A DNA stretch of 64,000 nucleotides from an uncultured Collinsella sp. (GCA_900545665.1 UQZU01000009.1:1476-65475); one strand, 5' to 3'; counted from the stretch's first letter, positions 27,280 to 37,581 are shown. The notes: generated by a model from the sequence alone, not told the origin. Translations and numbers: made by a program.

Positions 27280-27416
27280 GCCGACCTCCCCTCGCCACAA
27301 GCACAGCGCAAGACAAGGCCCCGCGCATCATTCACGAACGTCTGTTCTAGAATAACACAACGGGGCCGAAATGCTTAGTTGAAGTATCGGGGCTGGGAGC
27401 GAATCCTATCCCATAG

Positions 27417-29402
27417 TTAGTTCTGCGAGAAAAAGGGGAACTGCCTCGGATCCACCGGCGGATGCGGCATCGGACCACCCTGGGGCCCACCCTGCGGACC
27501 GCCCTGACCGCCCATCATCTTATCGATGGCGTCCTGAACCTCGCCCTCGAACTTTTTCATACCCTCATGCAAACGACGCTGGCCATCCTCAGAGCGCAGC
27601 TCCTCCATCTGCTCGGGCGAAATACCCAGTAGCTCGCCCAGCACGCCCATCATCTCGTTTCGCACGCGCTCGCTCGTATCCTCGTCAGCAAAACGGCGCA
27701 CCTCGGCGCGCGCCAGCGAATCGACCGTCATACGCTCCTTGCCGTTAAGCCCCAGGTCGGACCACGCGAGCATATACGGCCAGGCACGCTCGGCAAACGA
27801 ACGGGCCGAGACGATCGGCGCCATCGGCAACATGCGGCGGGCAGCCTCACCCTGTCGAACGAGCATCAGCAGCAGCGAGCAAGCCTCAGGCTTGCCAGCG
27901 GCCATCGGGATGTCGTCGAAAGATCGATTGCGGTCCACGTGCGCCTCGAGCGCGCCATCGACCTCACCCGGCTCAAGCCCGCCGAGCAGCTGTGCCGCGC
28001 GGTCGAGCATATCGACCGGACCGTCGAGCGTCGAGAGCGCTTGCGCCAGCACGCGCTCCATACAATCTTCCACCGCGTTGAGCGTCACGAGCTCTTGGGG
28101 CACCACGGCAGACGTGCGGTTGCGCACACGCGCCACAAACTCAAGCGTCGACAGGTACACATCGCCAAAGGGCGCGTAATCGCCCTGGTAGCCGCCGCAA
28201 AGCGCCGGCGCCGCCAGCGCGTACTCGGTTTTGGACAGCGGGCTCAGCGCCATCGCACCCAGCTCGAGCGCCGTGTCCTCCAGCATGAGGCCCAACGTGC
28301 GCGAGCGCAGACGCTCGGCATCGCCCGCCGACACGTCGCGATCGAGCACACGCGCCGCATCCGGTGCATCGCGCTCGACGGTGCGAATGTGCAGACGCTC
28401 GGCGATGGCGCGGACGGCGGCACAGCGGGCAGCCTCGGCCTCTTCCTGCGCCGGCGTAAAGATACGGTTGCGCCCCAGCACCAGGCCAATCACATTGCGC
28501 GGGCCCAGAGCGTCGACGGCCAGCGCCGCCAGCAGGGACGACGGCAAGTCACCCTCGAGTGTCACCACAGCACGCGACGCACCGTGGGCTCGGGCGTTGT
28601 CGCGCACGGCGAGCACCAGCGCCTGCCACAGCCACTCCTCGGAACGGAACTCGGGCAGTTCGTGATCCTCCAGGGCATCGAGCATCACGCCGCGCTGAAT
28701 CTCCTGAACCAGCAGGCTCTCCTCAAAGCACGGCGCCTGGGCCACCACGCGACCGCAGTCGTCGAGCACAAACGAACCGCCGGTATACACCGACTCGTCA
28801 TAGGCACCGACCGGCGCCATGCAGGCAAACCACACGCTGCGCTTGGATGCGATCTTGCGGTAGGCGCCGCTGCGAACGGCAGCAATGGCGGCAGTCTCGC
28901 GGTCGGTCATGTCAAACGCGTTGAATTGGAAATACGCAATGAGGTCAACACCGGTCGGCAACATCTCGAGTTCGCGGTCCAAGTCAAAAATCACGGCGAT
29001 GCGCACGCCGTCCACGTCGAACACCGGCGGCGCCCAACGTGTGTCGTTGTTCTCGCCACGCTGCAGGGCAATGCTCGAACGCGCCGGCACCACATGACCG
29101 TCCTTGAGCATCATGTAGTCGAGCAGCGGCTGGCCCTCAAACGAAACCGCCGCGGGCACGATGCAGATCATGTCAAGCTCCTGGATACGCTCGGCGACAC
29201 CAGTCAAACCGGCAAGCACGTCGTGCTCAAAGTCGGCAGCGCCCACCAGGCCACCGGGCATGGCGCCCATAAAGAGCGGAGCCGGAACGCACAGCACGCG
29301 CGCCCCGCGCTCGTGGGCCAGACGAGCCTGGTCCTCGATGCGGCCGCAAATGCCCTCAATATCACCCAGGCGCATATCGATCTGTGCAAGCGCGAGCTTC
29401 AT
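27417..29402 (-). CDS. NAD+ synthase (NadE)-like two-domain protein with degenerate catalytic motifs and a G/P/Q-rich tail
   Basis: CN-hydrolase-like N-domain plus PP-loop-like C-domain. The expected motifs read VPAPL (not PEL), IAVIFDLD (not ICED) and LEGDLPSS (not SGGxDS). ATG 29402. Confidence 0.75.
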   Translation of the reverse strand: MKLALAQIDMRLGDIEGICGRIEDQARLAHERGARVLCVPAPLFMGAMPGGLVGAADFEHDVLAGLTGVAERIQELDMICIVPAAVSFEGQPLLDYMMLKDGHVVPARSSIALQRGENNDTRWAPPVFDVDGVRIAVIFDLDRELEMLPTGVDLIAYFQFNAFDMTDRETAAIAAVRSGAYRKIASKRSVWFACMAPVGAYDESVYTGGSFVLDDCGRVVAQAPCFEESLLVQEIQRGVMLDALEDHELPEFRSEEWLWQALVLAVRDNARAHGASRAVVTLEGDLPSSLLAALAVDALGPRNVIGLVLGRNRIFTPAQEEAEAARCAAVRAIAERLHIRTVERDAPDAARVLDRDVSAGDAERLRSRTLGLMLEDTALELGAMALSPLSKTEYALAAPALCGGYQGDYAPFGDVYLSTLEFVARVRNRTSAVVPQELVTLNAVEDCMERVLAQALSTLDGPVDMLDRAAQLLGGLEPGEVDGALEAHVDRNRSFDDIPMAAGKPEACSLLLMLVRQGEAARRMLPMAPIVSARSFAERAWPYMLAWSDLGLNGKERMTVDSLARAEVRRFADEDTSERVRNEMMGVLGELLGISPEQMEELRSEDGQRRLHEGMKKFEGEVQDAIDKMMGGQGGPQGGPQGGPMPHPPVDPRQFPFFSQN

Positions 29403-29440
29403 GGCCCAGCCCTTTCCGTCGTAAACCATCGAAATCGTAG

Positions 29441-29473
29441 TAAAAGCGCCGGCCGCATAATGCAGCCGGCGCT
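29441..29473 (-). terminator. Intrinsic terminator of the superoxide reductase gene
   Basis: The minus strand reads AGCGCCGGC-tgcattatgcg-GCCGGCGCT followed by TTTTAC. Confidence 0.8.
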
Positions 29474-29519
29474 TGCATGTGCATATGCTAGTTATGATAC
29501 CCCGAGCGGGGGCGCGCTC

Positions 29520-29882
29520 CTAGAATGTCGCGGACCACAGCCCGTGCAGGTTGCAGTAGGCATAGACGGTACCGGTCTTGGAGCCGCCCGCGAAAAACGT
29601 CGCGGGTTTCATGCCGGGCTCAAGGTAATGAACCTCTAAGCGGCCCTCGGCCTCAAGCGCAATCCACTCAATGTAGTGTTCGGGCAGGCTGGGGTGCTCG
29701 ACCGAGCCAACGCGTGCACGAATCACGTGACCGTCGCGCTCGGTCTCGACAACAGGCACGTGCTTCTCGTGCGCCGCGTCCTCAGTGTTTGCGGTCAGTT
29801 CCGTGCAACCGGCAGGGGTCGCAACGTCGTCGCCAAGGGCAGCGATGAGCTTACCGTCGGGGTCCTTAAAGAATTTCGCCAT
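29520..29882 (-). CDS. Superoxide reductase (neelaredoxin / desulfoferrodoxin centre II type)
   Basis: AHEKHVPVV, EHPSLPEHYIEWI and YCNLHGLW iron ligand pattern. AAAGGAGAA RBS before ATG 29882. Confidence 0.88.
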   Translation of the reverse strand: MAKFFKDPDGKLIAALGDDVATPAGCTELTANTEDAAHEKHVPVVETERDGHVIRARVGSVEHPSLPEHYIEWIALEAEGRLEVHYLEPGMKPATFFAGGSKTGTVYAYCNLHGLWSATF

Positions 29883-30047
29883 GATGTTCTCCTTTGCTGA
29901 TGTGCCAATGTTCTTGATGGTTCTTATGCCCAAAGGCAGACAAACCATCCACGGCATTGCAAATGAACACATAACGGACCAGGCAAGCGGTCGGGCCAAA
30001 ATGCGTCGACCGTCCTGCCCACTCCAGCAGTCCCACCCCGCGCGCGG

Positions 30048-33000
30048 CTAGCGCCCGTCGCCGCCGAGCAGCGCCAGAACATCCTCGCGCGTGAACAGTG
30101 CCGACGAGATGCCGTCGCCGCCGAGCACGCTGTTGACCAGGTCGCGCTTGGACTCCTGCATCTGCATAATGCGCTCCTCGATCGTGTCCTTGGCGATGAG
30201 CTTGTACACGGTCACGGTATGTTGCTGGCCAATACGATGCGCGCGGTCAGTCGCTTGGTCCTGCGCCGCCACGTTCCACCACGGGTCGTAGTGGATTACC
30301 ACGTCGGCCGCCGTCAGGTTAAGGCCCACGCCGCCCGCCTTGAGCGAGATCAAAAAGACCGGCACCTCGCCCGCCTGGAACTGTGCGACCATCTTGGCGC
30401 GGCTCTCTTTAGACGATGCGCCCGTGAGCTTAAGGAAGGCGATATCCTCCTTGGCCAGGCGCTTACCGATAATATCGAGCATACCCGTAAACTGGCTGAA
30501 CAACAGGATGCGATGTCCGCCGTCGAGTGCGCCGTGCACGAGCTCCATGCACGTATCGAGCTTGGCGCTCCCCGCCTTGTAATCCTCGTAGTGCAGACGC
30601 GGGTCGCAGCAGATCTGGCGCAGCTTGGTGAGCTCGGCAAGTACCTTGAGCTTGTCCTTCTTAAACTCCCCGGCCTCGCGGTGCTGCACCTGCTGGGCGA
30701 TGCGGTCCTGGTTGGCCAGGTAGAGCTTGCGCTGCTCGCCGGTGAGCTGCGCCATGACCGTGTCCTCGATCTTTTCGGGCAGATCGGCCACCACGTCCTC
30801 CTTGACACGGCGCAGTACAAACGGCGACACGAGTGCCTGCAGACGAGCGGCGCTGTCGCCCTCGGCGTGCTCGACCGGGCTTTCGAAGCGCTTGGCAAAC
30901 GACTCGCGCGTGCCAAGCAGGCCCGGCATCAAAAAGTCGAAGATGCTCCAGAGCTCGGACAAGCGGTTTTCGATGGGCGTGCCCGTCAAGGCAAAGCGCA
31001 CGCCGGCAGGCAGGCGCTTGGCGGCACGCGCTACCTGCGTGAGCGGGTTTTTAATGTACTGGGCCTCGTCGAGCACCACGCGGGCAAAATCCTGCTCGAC
31101 GTACTCGTCGATATCGCGCCGCATAAGGTCATACGACGTCACGACCACGTTATGCTCGGCAACGCCGGCAATCTGCACGCGACGCTGCGCCTTGGCGCCC
31201 ACGATGGCGCACACATCGAGCGACGGGGCAAAGCGCTCCAGCTCGGCGGTCCAGTTGTACACAAGCGACGCAGGGCACACCACAAGCGTGGGCTTGGCGT
31301 CCCCCGCTTCCACGCGCGCCAGGATATGTGCGATCATCTGCAGCGTTTTGCCCAGGCCCATGTCGTCGGCCAAGATGCCGCCAAGGCCCAGGTGTTCGAG
31401 CGAGCCGAGCCACTGGTATCCGTCGACCTGATAGCCGCGCAGTGTGGCCTTGAGCGAGACCGGCACCGTAAAGTCCATCTTGCCGAGCGTATCCAAGCGC
31501 TCGACGGTGCGGCGGAACGCGGCGTCACGATCGGCCTCGAGCGCGGGCGTGCGCGCGAGCATGCTATCGACGAATAGGGTACTCGACGCGGGAAGCGACA
31601 CGCCGTCGAGCAGGTCGACGGCATCGACACCCAGGTCCTCGGCGAGGCCAAACGCGGCTCGGGCGCCCTCGTCCAGGCGAATGATGTCGCCGGACGTGAG
31701 ACGCGCAAACGTCTGGTGACGCTTGTACGAATCGAGATAGACGGCAAGGTCCGCGGCCGAAAGCCCGCTCGCACCCAGCTCGACATCGAGCAGATTGCTC
31801 TTGACGGTCGCACGCACCGAAAGCTTGGGCGCAGGGCGGACCGAGATCTGGCGCAGACGGTCGCTGAGCATGACCTCACCCAGCTCGGACAGGGCAGACA
31901 GGCCCTCGGTCAGCAAGCAGAACAGGCTCTCGTCGTCGCGCTCCTCAAACGCCAGGCCGCCCTCGTAAAAGTCGAAATACAGGGCCGCCGTGTCCATAAC
32001 GCGAAACTCTGCTATCTCGTCGCGCGGCGGCACGCCCGGGCGCTGTTCTTCGAAGGGGCTTCCCGGAGCACCCAGGCTAAAGAGATCTGCCGACCAATCA
32101 CCGTAGGCAACCGTAATCTTGCAGGTCACGAGCCCGTCGTCGACACCGATTGCCATGGCAAAGCTCGGCTCGGGCGCCACGGTGTCGAGCACGGCGGGAG
32201 CGGTGAGGTCAGTGTATTCGCGCAGCACGGGCAGTGCCATGCGGCAGAATTCGCCCACCTGTTCGGCGGCGATATGGACCGGCGTGCGACAAGGCAGCAG
32301 ACGCGACAGAAACGGTGCGGCATGCTGAGCAAACGCTGCATCGGCGCGGCGCGCGCGGTGCGTGTCGACCAGATAGGCCGCGTCGCCTGCGACAAAGCAG
32401 TACGTATCGGCCGGCAGGCGCAGGTCGTAGCTGCCACCGGCCGCCGGCGCGATCTTGGCGGCAAGGAGTGGCGGTTGTTTTGCCGAGGCCTCGTCCTCCC
32501 CCACCGGCAACAACTCAACCGCCACCTCGTAGGAACGATGCGTCGTCGTTCCCCGCGACCAGGCGGGCTCAAAGGAAATGGTCCGGCCACGCAGCAGGTC
32601 CAGCATGTATACGATGTCATGCTCGGACAGCGGCAGCTGGCGCTCGGCGACAAAGCCGCTGCGTGCAAAATCGTACGACGCCGAACGCGAACTTGTGATG
32701 TCGCTCAGATACACAACCGTTGCCACAACAAGGTCGAGTAGACGCACCGAAACCTCGTCGAAGGCCTCAGGTGTATGGAGGAATGTGAGCTTTTTGCCGT
32801 ACGAGAACGTGCCGCCGCGCACGTAGGCGGCGGCCATGCCGTCGATGTCCTTGACCACGTAGGACACCGAGCCGCAGCGGATGCGAAGCTCGAGCGCCCA
32901 GCTAAAGCGGTCGGCAAACAGCGGATTGTAGTACGGTACCAGCGAGGGCTCCAACACCGCCTTGGGGGCATCGGGGTCGACAGTGCCGGCGAGCTTGCGG

Positions 33001-33512
33001 CGCATGCCCGCCAACTCATCCATGCGCGCGTCCGAAAGATCGGAGAGCGCCTTCATGAGGCTCGGGCTCGTGGGGACGGGCGCCGGGAAGGGAAAGTTAG
33101 GGTTGACCGCCGGTGCGGCAGACGCAGGACGCGCGGCTTGCTTAGGCGCCGCCGTAAACGTGCGGACCGGCGTACGCAAGCCCTCGACGGGCTCGGCGCC
33201 ACTGGCATCCAGATACGCCAGCGCCGTGGCGATAGCGTGCTTGCACATGCCGGAATAGCGGAAGGCGGCGGGGCAATCGCAGTCGTAGTCGACAACCTCG
33301 TGCTCGTCCATGTCGAGCGCCACGTGCGTCTTGTACAGGTCGCCGCGCGAGCCGCGCACCGTGCCCTCAATAGTCACATTCTTGGAGAAGCGCGAGCCGG
33401 AGTCCTCAAACGACAGCACGGCGCCGTTGAGCATGAGCGAGCGCCCCTTCATAAAGGTACTGCTGAGCGCCGCCTCCTTACGAAGCGCCTGCGCAAACGT
33501 CCCCTGCGCCAT
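30048..33512 (-). CDS. SNF2-family helicase with N-terminal SWIM zinc finger
   Basis: SWIM motif CDCPAAFRYSGMCKHAIATAL. DDMGLGKT, DEAQYIKN and a C-terminal helicase domain (QATDRAHRIGQ). ATG 33512 has GGAGGA 5 nt upstream. Confidence 0.9.
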   Translation of the reverse strand: MAQGTFAQALRKEAALSSTFMKGRSLMLNGAVLSFEDSGSRFSKNVTIEGTVRGSRGDLYKTHVALDMDEHEVVDYDCDCPAAFRYSGMCKHAIATALAYLDASGAEPVEGLRTPVRTFTAAPKQAARPASAAPAVNPNFPFPAPVPTSPSLMKALSDLSDARMDELAGMRRKLAGTVDPDAPKAVLEPSLVPYYNPLFADRFSWALELRIRCGSVSYVVKDIDGMAAAYVRGGTFSYGKKLTFLHTPEAFDEVSVRLLDLVVATVVYLSDITSSRSASYDFARSGFVAERQLPLSEHDIVYMLDLLRGRTISFEPAWSRGTTTHRSYEVAVELLPVGEDEASAKQPPLLAAKIAPAAGGSYDLRLPADTYCFVAGDAAYLVDTHRARRADAAFAQHAAPFLSRLLPCRTPVHIAAEQVGEFCRMALPVLREYTDLTAPAVLDTVAPEPSFAMAIGVDDGLVTCKITVAYGDWSADLFSLGAPGSPFEEQRPGVPPRDEIAEFRVMDTAALYFDFYEGGLAFEERDDESLFCLLTEGLSALSELGEVMLSDRLRQISVRPAPKLSVRATVKSNLLDVELGASGLSAADLAVYLDSYKRHQTFARLTSGDIIRLDEGARAAFGLAEDLGVDAVDLLDGVSLPASSTLFVDSMLARTPALEADRDAAFRRTVERLDTLGKMDFTVPVSLKATLRGYQVDGYQWLGSLEHLGLGGILADDMGLGKTLQMIAHILARVEAGDAKPTLVVCPASLVYNWTAELERFAPSLDVCAIVGAKAQRRVQIAGVAEHNVVVTSYDLMRRDIDEYVEQDFARVVLDEAQYIKNPLTQVARAAKRLPAGVRFALTGTPIENRLSELWSIFDFLMPGLLGTRESFAKRFESPVEHAEGDSAARLQALVSPFVLRRVKEDVVADLPEKIEDTVMAQLTGEQRKLYLANQDRIAQQVQHREAGEFKKDKLKVLAELTKLRQICCDPRLHYEDYKAGSAKLDTCMELVHGALDGGHRILLFSQFTGMLDIIGKRLAKEDIAFLKLTGASSKESRAKMVAQFQAGEVPVFLISLKAGGVGLNLTAADVVIHYDPWWNVAAQDQATDRAHRIGQQHTVTVYKLIAKDTIEERIMQMQESKRDLVNSVLGGDGISSALFTREDVLALLGGDGR

Positions 33513-33532
33513 CACTTCCTCCAATCTCACCC

Positions 33533-33661
33533 GGGGTAGCTAATTTGGGACGGGGCTATTTTAGCTACCCCCATATGTCGGTTGAGATGTATTCCGACCC
33601 CGACTCATTCGCCGTCAGTCAAAGGGTAGCTAAAAAAGCCCCGTCCCAAATTAGCTACCCC
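33533..33661. repeat. 129-bp nested-palindrome element (MITE/REP-like) with perfect 25-bp terminal inverted repeats
   Basis: GGGGTAGCTAATTTGGGACGGGGCT at 33533-33557 is the exact reverse complement of 33637-33661. Each arm also folds on itself (GGGGTAGCTAA...TTAGCTACCCC). No ORF is present. The element lies between the dnaE stop and the SNF2 RBS. Confidence 0.8.
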
Positions 33662-33676
33662 TCAGCAACGCCGTCC

Positions 33677-36600
33677 CTAGATCACCGTCACGCGGCCTTG
33701 GTTACCCACAATGGCCTTGGCCTCGGCCAGCAGCGGAATCGAGCGCGCGTTGACCTTGGCAGGCACCTCGGCGCGCAGTACGCGCCCGTCCACCTGCTCG
33801 ATAAAGATCTCCACGCGGTCGCCGCCCGGGTTGGTGGTGAGCACCGTGGCCAGGCGCGCCATGTTGCCCTGGCTAAAACGGCTGTTGGGCACCATGACCT
33901 CAAACACCTTGGGCTTGTTGTTCTCCTCGTTGAGCTCCAGCGGCACGATCTCCTGCGCGATGATCTGGTCGCCGCGGTCCGAGCGCTCGAGTTTGCCCTT
34001 AATGCGCACAAACGCGTCGGACAGCTGCACGCCGGTCTCGGGATCGACCTCGCCGTACAGATACCCCTCGGCCTCCTTGTAGGTCTTGGGGAACACCACG
34101 ACGGTGGCCTCGCCTTCCATGTCCTCGAGCTGCACGATGCCCATGGGGTCGCCGTTTTTGGTCACGCGCTTGGACACGCTCGAGACCATGCCGGCCCACC
34201 ACAGCGCCTTGCCCTCGGGAATTTCCTGGTTGATGGTGCCGCCCGTGGGGTTCTGCACTTCGTAGCCGGTATCGATCTGCGAGAACGAGAAGTCGCGCGC
34301 TTTGCTGAGCGCATACTCAAACGGGCGCAGCGGGTGATCCGAGACATAGATGCCCAGAACCTCCTTCTCCTGGCTCAGCTTAAGGTGGCGGTCCCATTCC
34401 TGGCCGTCCGGATCGGGCACGCTCACCTCAAAGCCCGAGCCCTCAACGTCGCCGAACATATCGAAGAACGACGTCTGGCCGCTCGCGCGGTCCTTCTGGC
34501 GCTTTACCGCGGCATCGATGATGTTCTCGGGGTTGTTCTTATCCACAAAGTGCATCATCTGGCGACGCGGATACCCCGTGGAGTCGAAGGCACCTGCCTT
34601 GATCAGCGATTCGATCACGCGACGGTTGGCTTGGCTCGAGTCCACGCGCTCGACAAAGTCGTGCAGCGTCTTAAACGGACCGCCCGCCTCGCGCTCGGCG
34701 ATAATCGCTTGCGCCACGCCGGTGCCCACGCCGCGGATGCCGGCCAGACCAAAGCGCACGCCTTCCTTGGTAGCCGTGAACTCGGTACCGGACTCGTTGA
34801 CATCTGGCGAAAGCACGGGGATGCCGTCGTGACGGCATGCCGAGACGTAGTGCACGATCTTGTCGGTCTTGCCCGTATAGGACGTCAGAACGGCCGCCAT
34901 GTACTCGTGCGGATAGTGCGCCTTGAGCCACGCCGTCTGCATAACCAGGATGGCGTAGCCGGCGGAGTGCGACTTGTTGAAGGCGTAAGATGCGAACTCG
35001 AGAACATCGTCCCAAATCTTCTGGGCGACCTCGCGCGTGTAGTTGTTCTTGATGGCGCCGTTCATCCAGTGGTCGTAAGTGGTCTCGTCCGAGCCATCCT
35101 CCCAGTGGAGCACCGTCGACGTGAGCAGCTTGATCTTTTTCTTAGCCACGGGCTTACGGATACGCGAGTCCGATTCGCCCTTGGAGAAGCCACACATCTC
35201 GACGGAGATGAGCATAACCTGCTCCTGGTAGACCATGGTGCCGTAGGTTTCGCCCAGGATGTCGTCCAGACGGTCGTCATAGGAGACGGCCGGCTCCTTG
35301 CCGTTCATACGGTTGATGTAGGACGAAACCATGCCGGCGCCCAGCGGGCCCGGGCGGTACAGGGCGATCAATGCCACGACGTGCTTGTACTCGGTGGGCT
35401 TCATGTTCTTGATCGTGGCCGTCATGCCGGCGGACTCGACCTGGAAGACGCCGGCGGTGTGGCCGGAGCCCATGAGCTTAAAGATCTCGGGATCGTCAAA
35501 GGGAATCTCTTCCTCTTTGATGTCGATGCCGAAGTTCTTTTTGATGTTGGCTTTGGCCTTAGAGATAACCGTCAGCGTGCGCAGGCCCAGAAAGTCCATC
35601 TTGAGCAGGCCCATGTCGGCAACGGTATGACCCTCGTACTGGGTAATCTCGACGCCGCCCTTGGTGTCGAGCTTGGTGGGCACGTGCTCGTTGACGGGGT
35701 CGCGGCAGATTAGAACGGCACACGCGTGCACGCCCTCGCCACGGGTGAGGCCCTCGATTGAGAGCGCCGTGTCGATGATGCGGCGGGCGTCGTCGTCCTT
35801 GCGGTACGCTTCCTCGAAATCGGGGTTGTACCAATCCTCTTTGCCCTCGGTCTTGTGCAGGACGCACTTGAGCTTGCACTTGGGGTCGCTCGAGATCATC
35901 TTGGAGAGGCGCTGGCCCATGTACACGGGGTAATCGAGCACGCGCGCGGAGTCGTTGATGGCCTGCTTGGCCTTGATGGTCGAATACGTGATGACGTGCG
36001 TGACCTTCTCGGGGCCGTAGAGCTGACGCACGTGCTCCACAACCTCGAGGCGACGCTCATCGTCGAAGTCCATATCGATATCGGGCATCTCGGTACGCTG
36101 CGGAGACAAGAACCTCTCGAACATCAGGCCGTTCTCGAGCGGGTCGAACGCGGTGATGTTCATGGCGTAGGCGACGATAGCGCCTGCAGCGGAACCGCGG
36201 CCGGGGCCGACACCGATGCCGTTGTCCTTTGCCCATTGGACGTACTCCGCGACGATCAGGAAGTACGCGGCAAAGCCCTTGTCGCAGATTACCTTGTATT
36301 CGTATTCGAAACGGTCCTTGATGTTGACGCCGTTGATCTCGCGCGTCGCCCAATCCTCGCCGTAGTGCTGGCGCAGGCCCTTCTCGCACTCGCGACGGAA
36401 CTGGCTCTCGTGCGTCTCGCCGGGGTCGAGCAGCGGGAAGCGCGGCAGGATGATGGAGTCCCAGTCCAGCTCAACGTAGCACTTGTCGGCGATCTCGAGC
36501 GTGTTGTCGCAGGCCTCGGGGCAATACGGGAACATTGCCCGCATCTCCTCCTCGGTCTTCATGTAGAACTCCGAGCCGGTCATGCGCATACGGTTGGGGT

Positions 36601-37480
36601 CGTCGACCTTGGCGTTCATGCCGATGCACATGATGACGTCCTGCACCGGCGCGTCCTCGCGGCGCAGATAGTGGAAGTCGTTAGTGGCGATGACCTTGAC
36701 GCCCACCTGTTTGGCGATGTCGATGAGCGTGCGATCCATCTGCTCGTCGGTCAGGCCGTTATCGGTGGTAATGCCGTGTTCCTGGATCTCGATATAAAAG
36801 TCGCCGGGGTCGAAGGTGTCGCGGAAGGTCTCGGCCCATTTGATGGCGCCTTCCATGTCGCCGCGGTCGATGTATTTAGGGATGATGCCCGCAATGCAGG
36901 CGCTCGTGCAGATCATGCCCTTGGCATGGCGGCGCAGGTTGTCGAGCGTCACGCGCGGCTTGTAGTAAAAGCCCTGTACGGCAGCCTCAGAGACCGTCTG
37001 CATCAGGTTAACGTAGCCCTCCTGGTCCTTGGCCAGAAGGATCATGTGGTAGAGCTCGGGCTTGTGGTCGCGGGCGAGCGTCTCGTCCGGCGTAAAGTAG
37101 ACCTCGCACCCAAAGATGGGTTTGATGACCAGGGGCGGCTTGAGCTCGTCGATGTTGCCCTTCTCGTCCCACATGGCCATGTCCTTCACATACTGGGCAT
37201 GCTCGCGCGGGTTTTCCTCGGGATCGGGCTCCACCAGCTCGTCGCGGCGGTCCTTTTCCAAGAAGGCCTTGTCGTGGCTCCACGTCTTGTACTCGGGCGT
37301 GTTGTGGTTGACGGCGTCGCAGGCCAGCGCCAGGTCGGGCACGCCATACATGTAGCCGTGGTCGGTAATGGCCACGGCGGGCATACCCAGCTCAACGGCA
37401 CGGTTGACCATATCCTGGATACGGGTTGCGCCGTCGAGCATGGAAAAAACAGTGTGATTGTGCAGATGGACGAATGCCAT
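33677..37480 (-). CDS. dnaE: DNA polymerase III alpha subunit
   Basis: PHP N-terminus MAFVHLHNHTVFSMLDG. Polymerase core (FLIVAEYVQWAK, DIDMDF) and an OB-fold C-terminus. Confidence 0.95.
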   Translation of the reverse strand: MAFVHLHNHTVFSMLDGATRIQDMVNRAVELGMPAVAITDHGYMYGVPDLALACDAVNHNTPEYKTWSHDKAFLEKDRRDELVEPDPEENPREHAQYVKDMAMWDEKGNIDELKPPLVIKPIFGCEVYFTPDETLARDHKPELYHMILLAKDQEGYVNLMQTVSEAAVQGFYYKPRVTLDNLRRHAKGMICTSACIAGIIPKYIDRGDMEGAIKWAETFRDTFDPGDFYIEIQEHGITTDNGLTDEQMDRTLIDIAKQVGVKVIATNDFHYLRREDAPVQDVIMCIGMNAKVDDPNRMRMTGSEFYMKTEEEMRAMFPYCPEACDNTLEIADKCYVELDWDSIILPRFPLLDPGETHESQFRRECEKGLRQHYGEDWATREINGVNIKDRFEYEYKVICDKGFAAYFLIVAEYVQWAKDNGIGVGPGRGSAAGAIVAYAMNITAFDPLENGLMFERFLSPQRTEMPDIDMDFDDERRLEVVEHVRQLYGPEKVTHVITYSTIKAKQAINDSARVLDYPVYMGQRLSKMISSDPKCKLKCVLHKTEGKEDWYNPDFEEAYRKDDDARRIIDTALSIEGLTRGEGVHACAVLICRDPVNEHVPTKLDTKGGVEITQYEGHTVADMGLLKMDFLGLRTLTVISKAKANIKKNFGIDIKEEEIPFDDPEIFKLMGSGHTAGVFQVESAGMTATIKNMKPTEYKHVVALIALYRPGPLGAGMVSSYINRMNGKEPAVSYDDRLDDILGETYGTMVYQEQVMLISVEMCGFSKGESDSRIRKPVAKKKIKLLTSTVLHWEDGSDETTYDHWMNGAIKNNYTREVAQKIWDDVLEFASYAFNKSHSAGYAILVMQTAWLKAHYPHEYMAAVLTSYTGKTDKIVHYVSACRHDGIPVLSPDVNESGTEFTATKEGVRFGLAGIRGVGTGVAQAIIAEREAGGPFKTLHDFVERVDSSQANRRVIESLIKAGAFDSTGYPRRQMMHFVDKNNPENIIDAAVKRQKDRASGQTSFFDMFGDVEGSGFEVSVPDPDGQEWDRHLKLSQEKEVLGIYVSDHPLRPFEYALSKARDFSFSQIDTGYEVQNPTGGTINQEIPEGKALWWAGMVSSVSKRVTKNGDPMGIVQLEDMEGEATVVVFPKTYKEAEGYLYGEVDPETGVQLSDAFVRIKGKLERSDRGDQIIAQEIVPLELNEENNKPKVFEVMVPNSRFSQGNMARLATVLTTNPGGDRVEIFIEQVDGRVLRAEVPAKVNARSIPLLAEAKAIVGNQGRVTVI

Positions 37481-37581
37481 GTGATGAGCTCCGATGCGGG
37501 TTCGTGTTCTGACTGAACGATTTTACCGCACGGCGCGGACGGCACCCGAACCTAGCCAAACCAACACGGCTCCTCTTGCAG

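Noticed and set aside
23370-29639. Plus-strand ORFs 23370-24800 (476 aa), 25728-26396 (222 aa) and 27939-29639 (566 aa)
   Set aside because: They are antisense to fhs, ruvB/ruvA and the NadE-like gene respectively. All are shadow ORFs of a GC-rich genome.
33545-37516. Plus-strand ORFs 33545-35713 (722 aa) and 35855-37516 (553 aa)
   Set aside because: They are antisense to dnaE, whose identity is unambiguous. The first even starts inside the 129-bp palindromic element.
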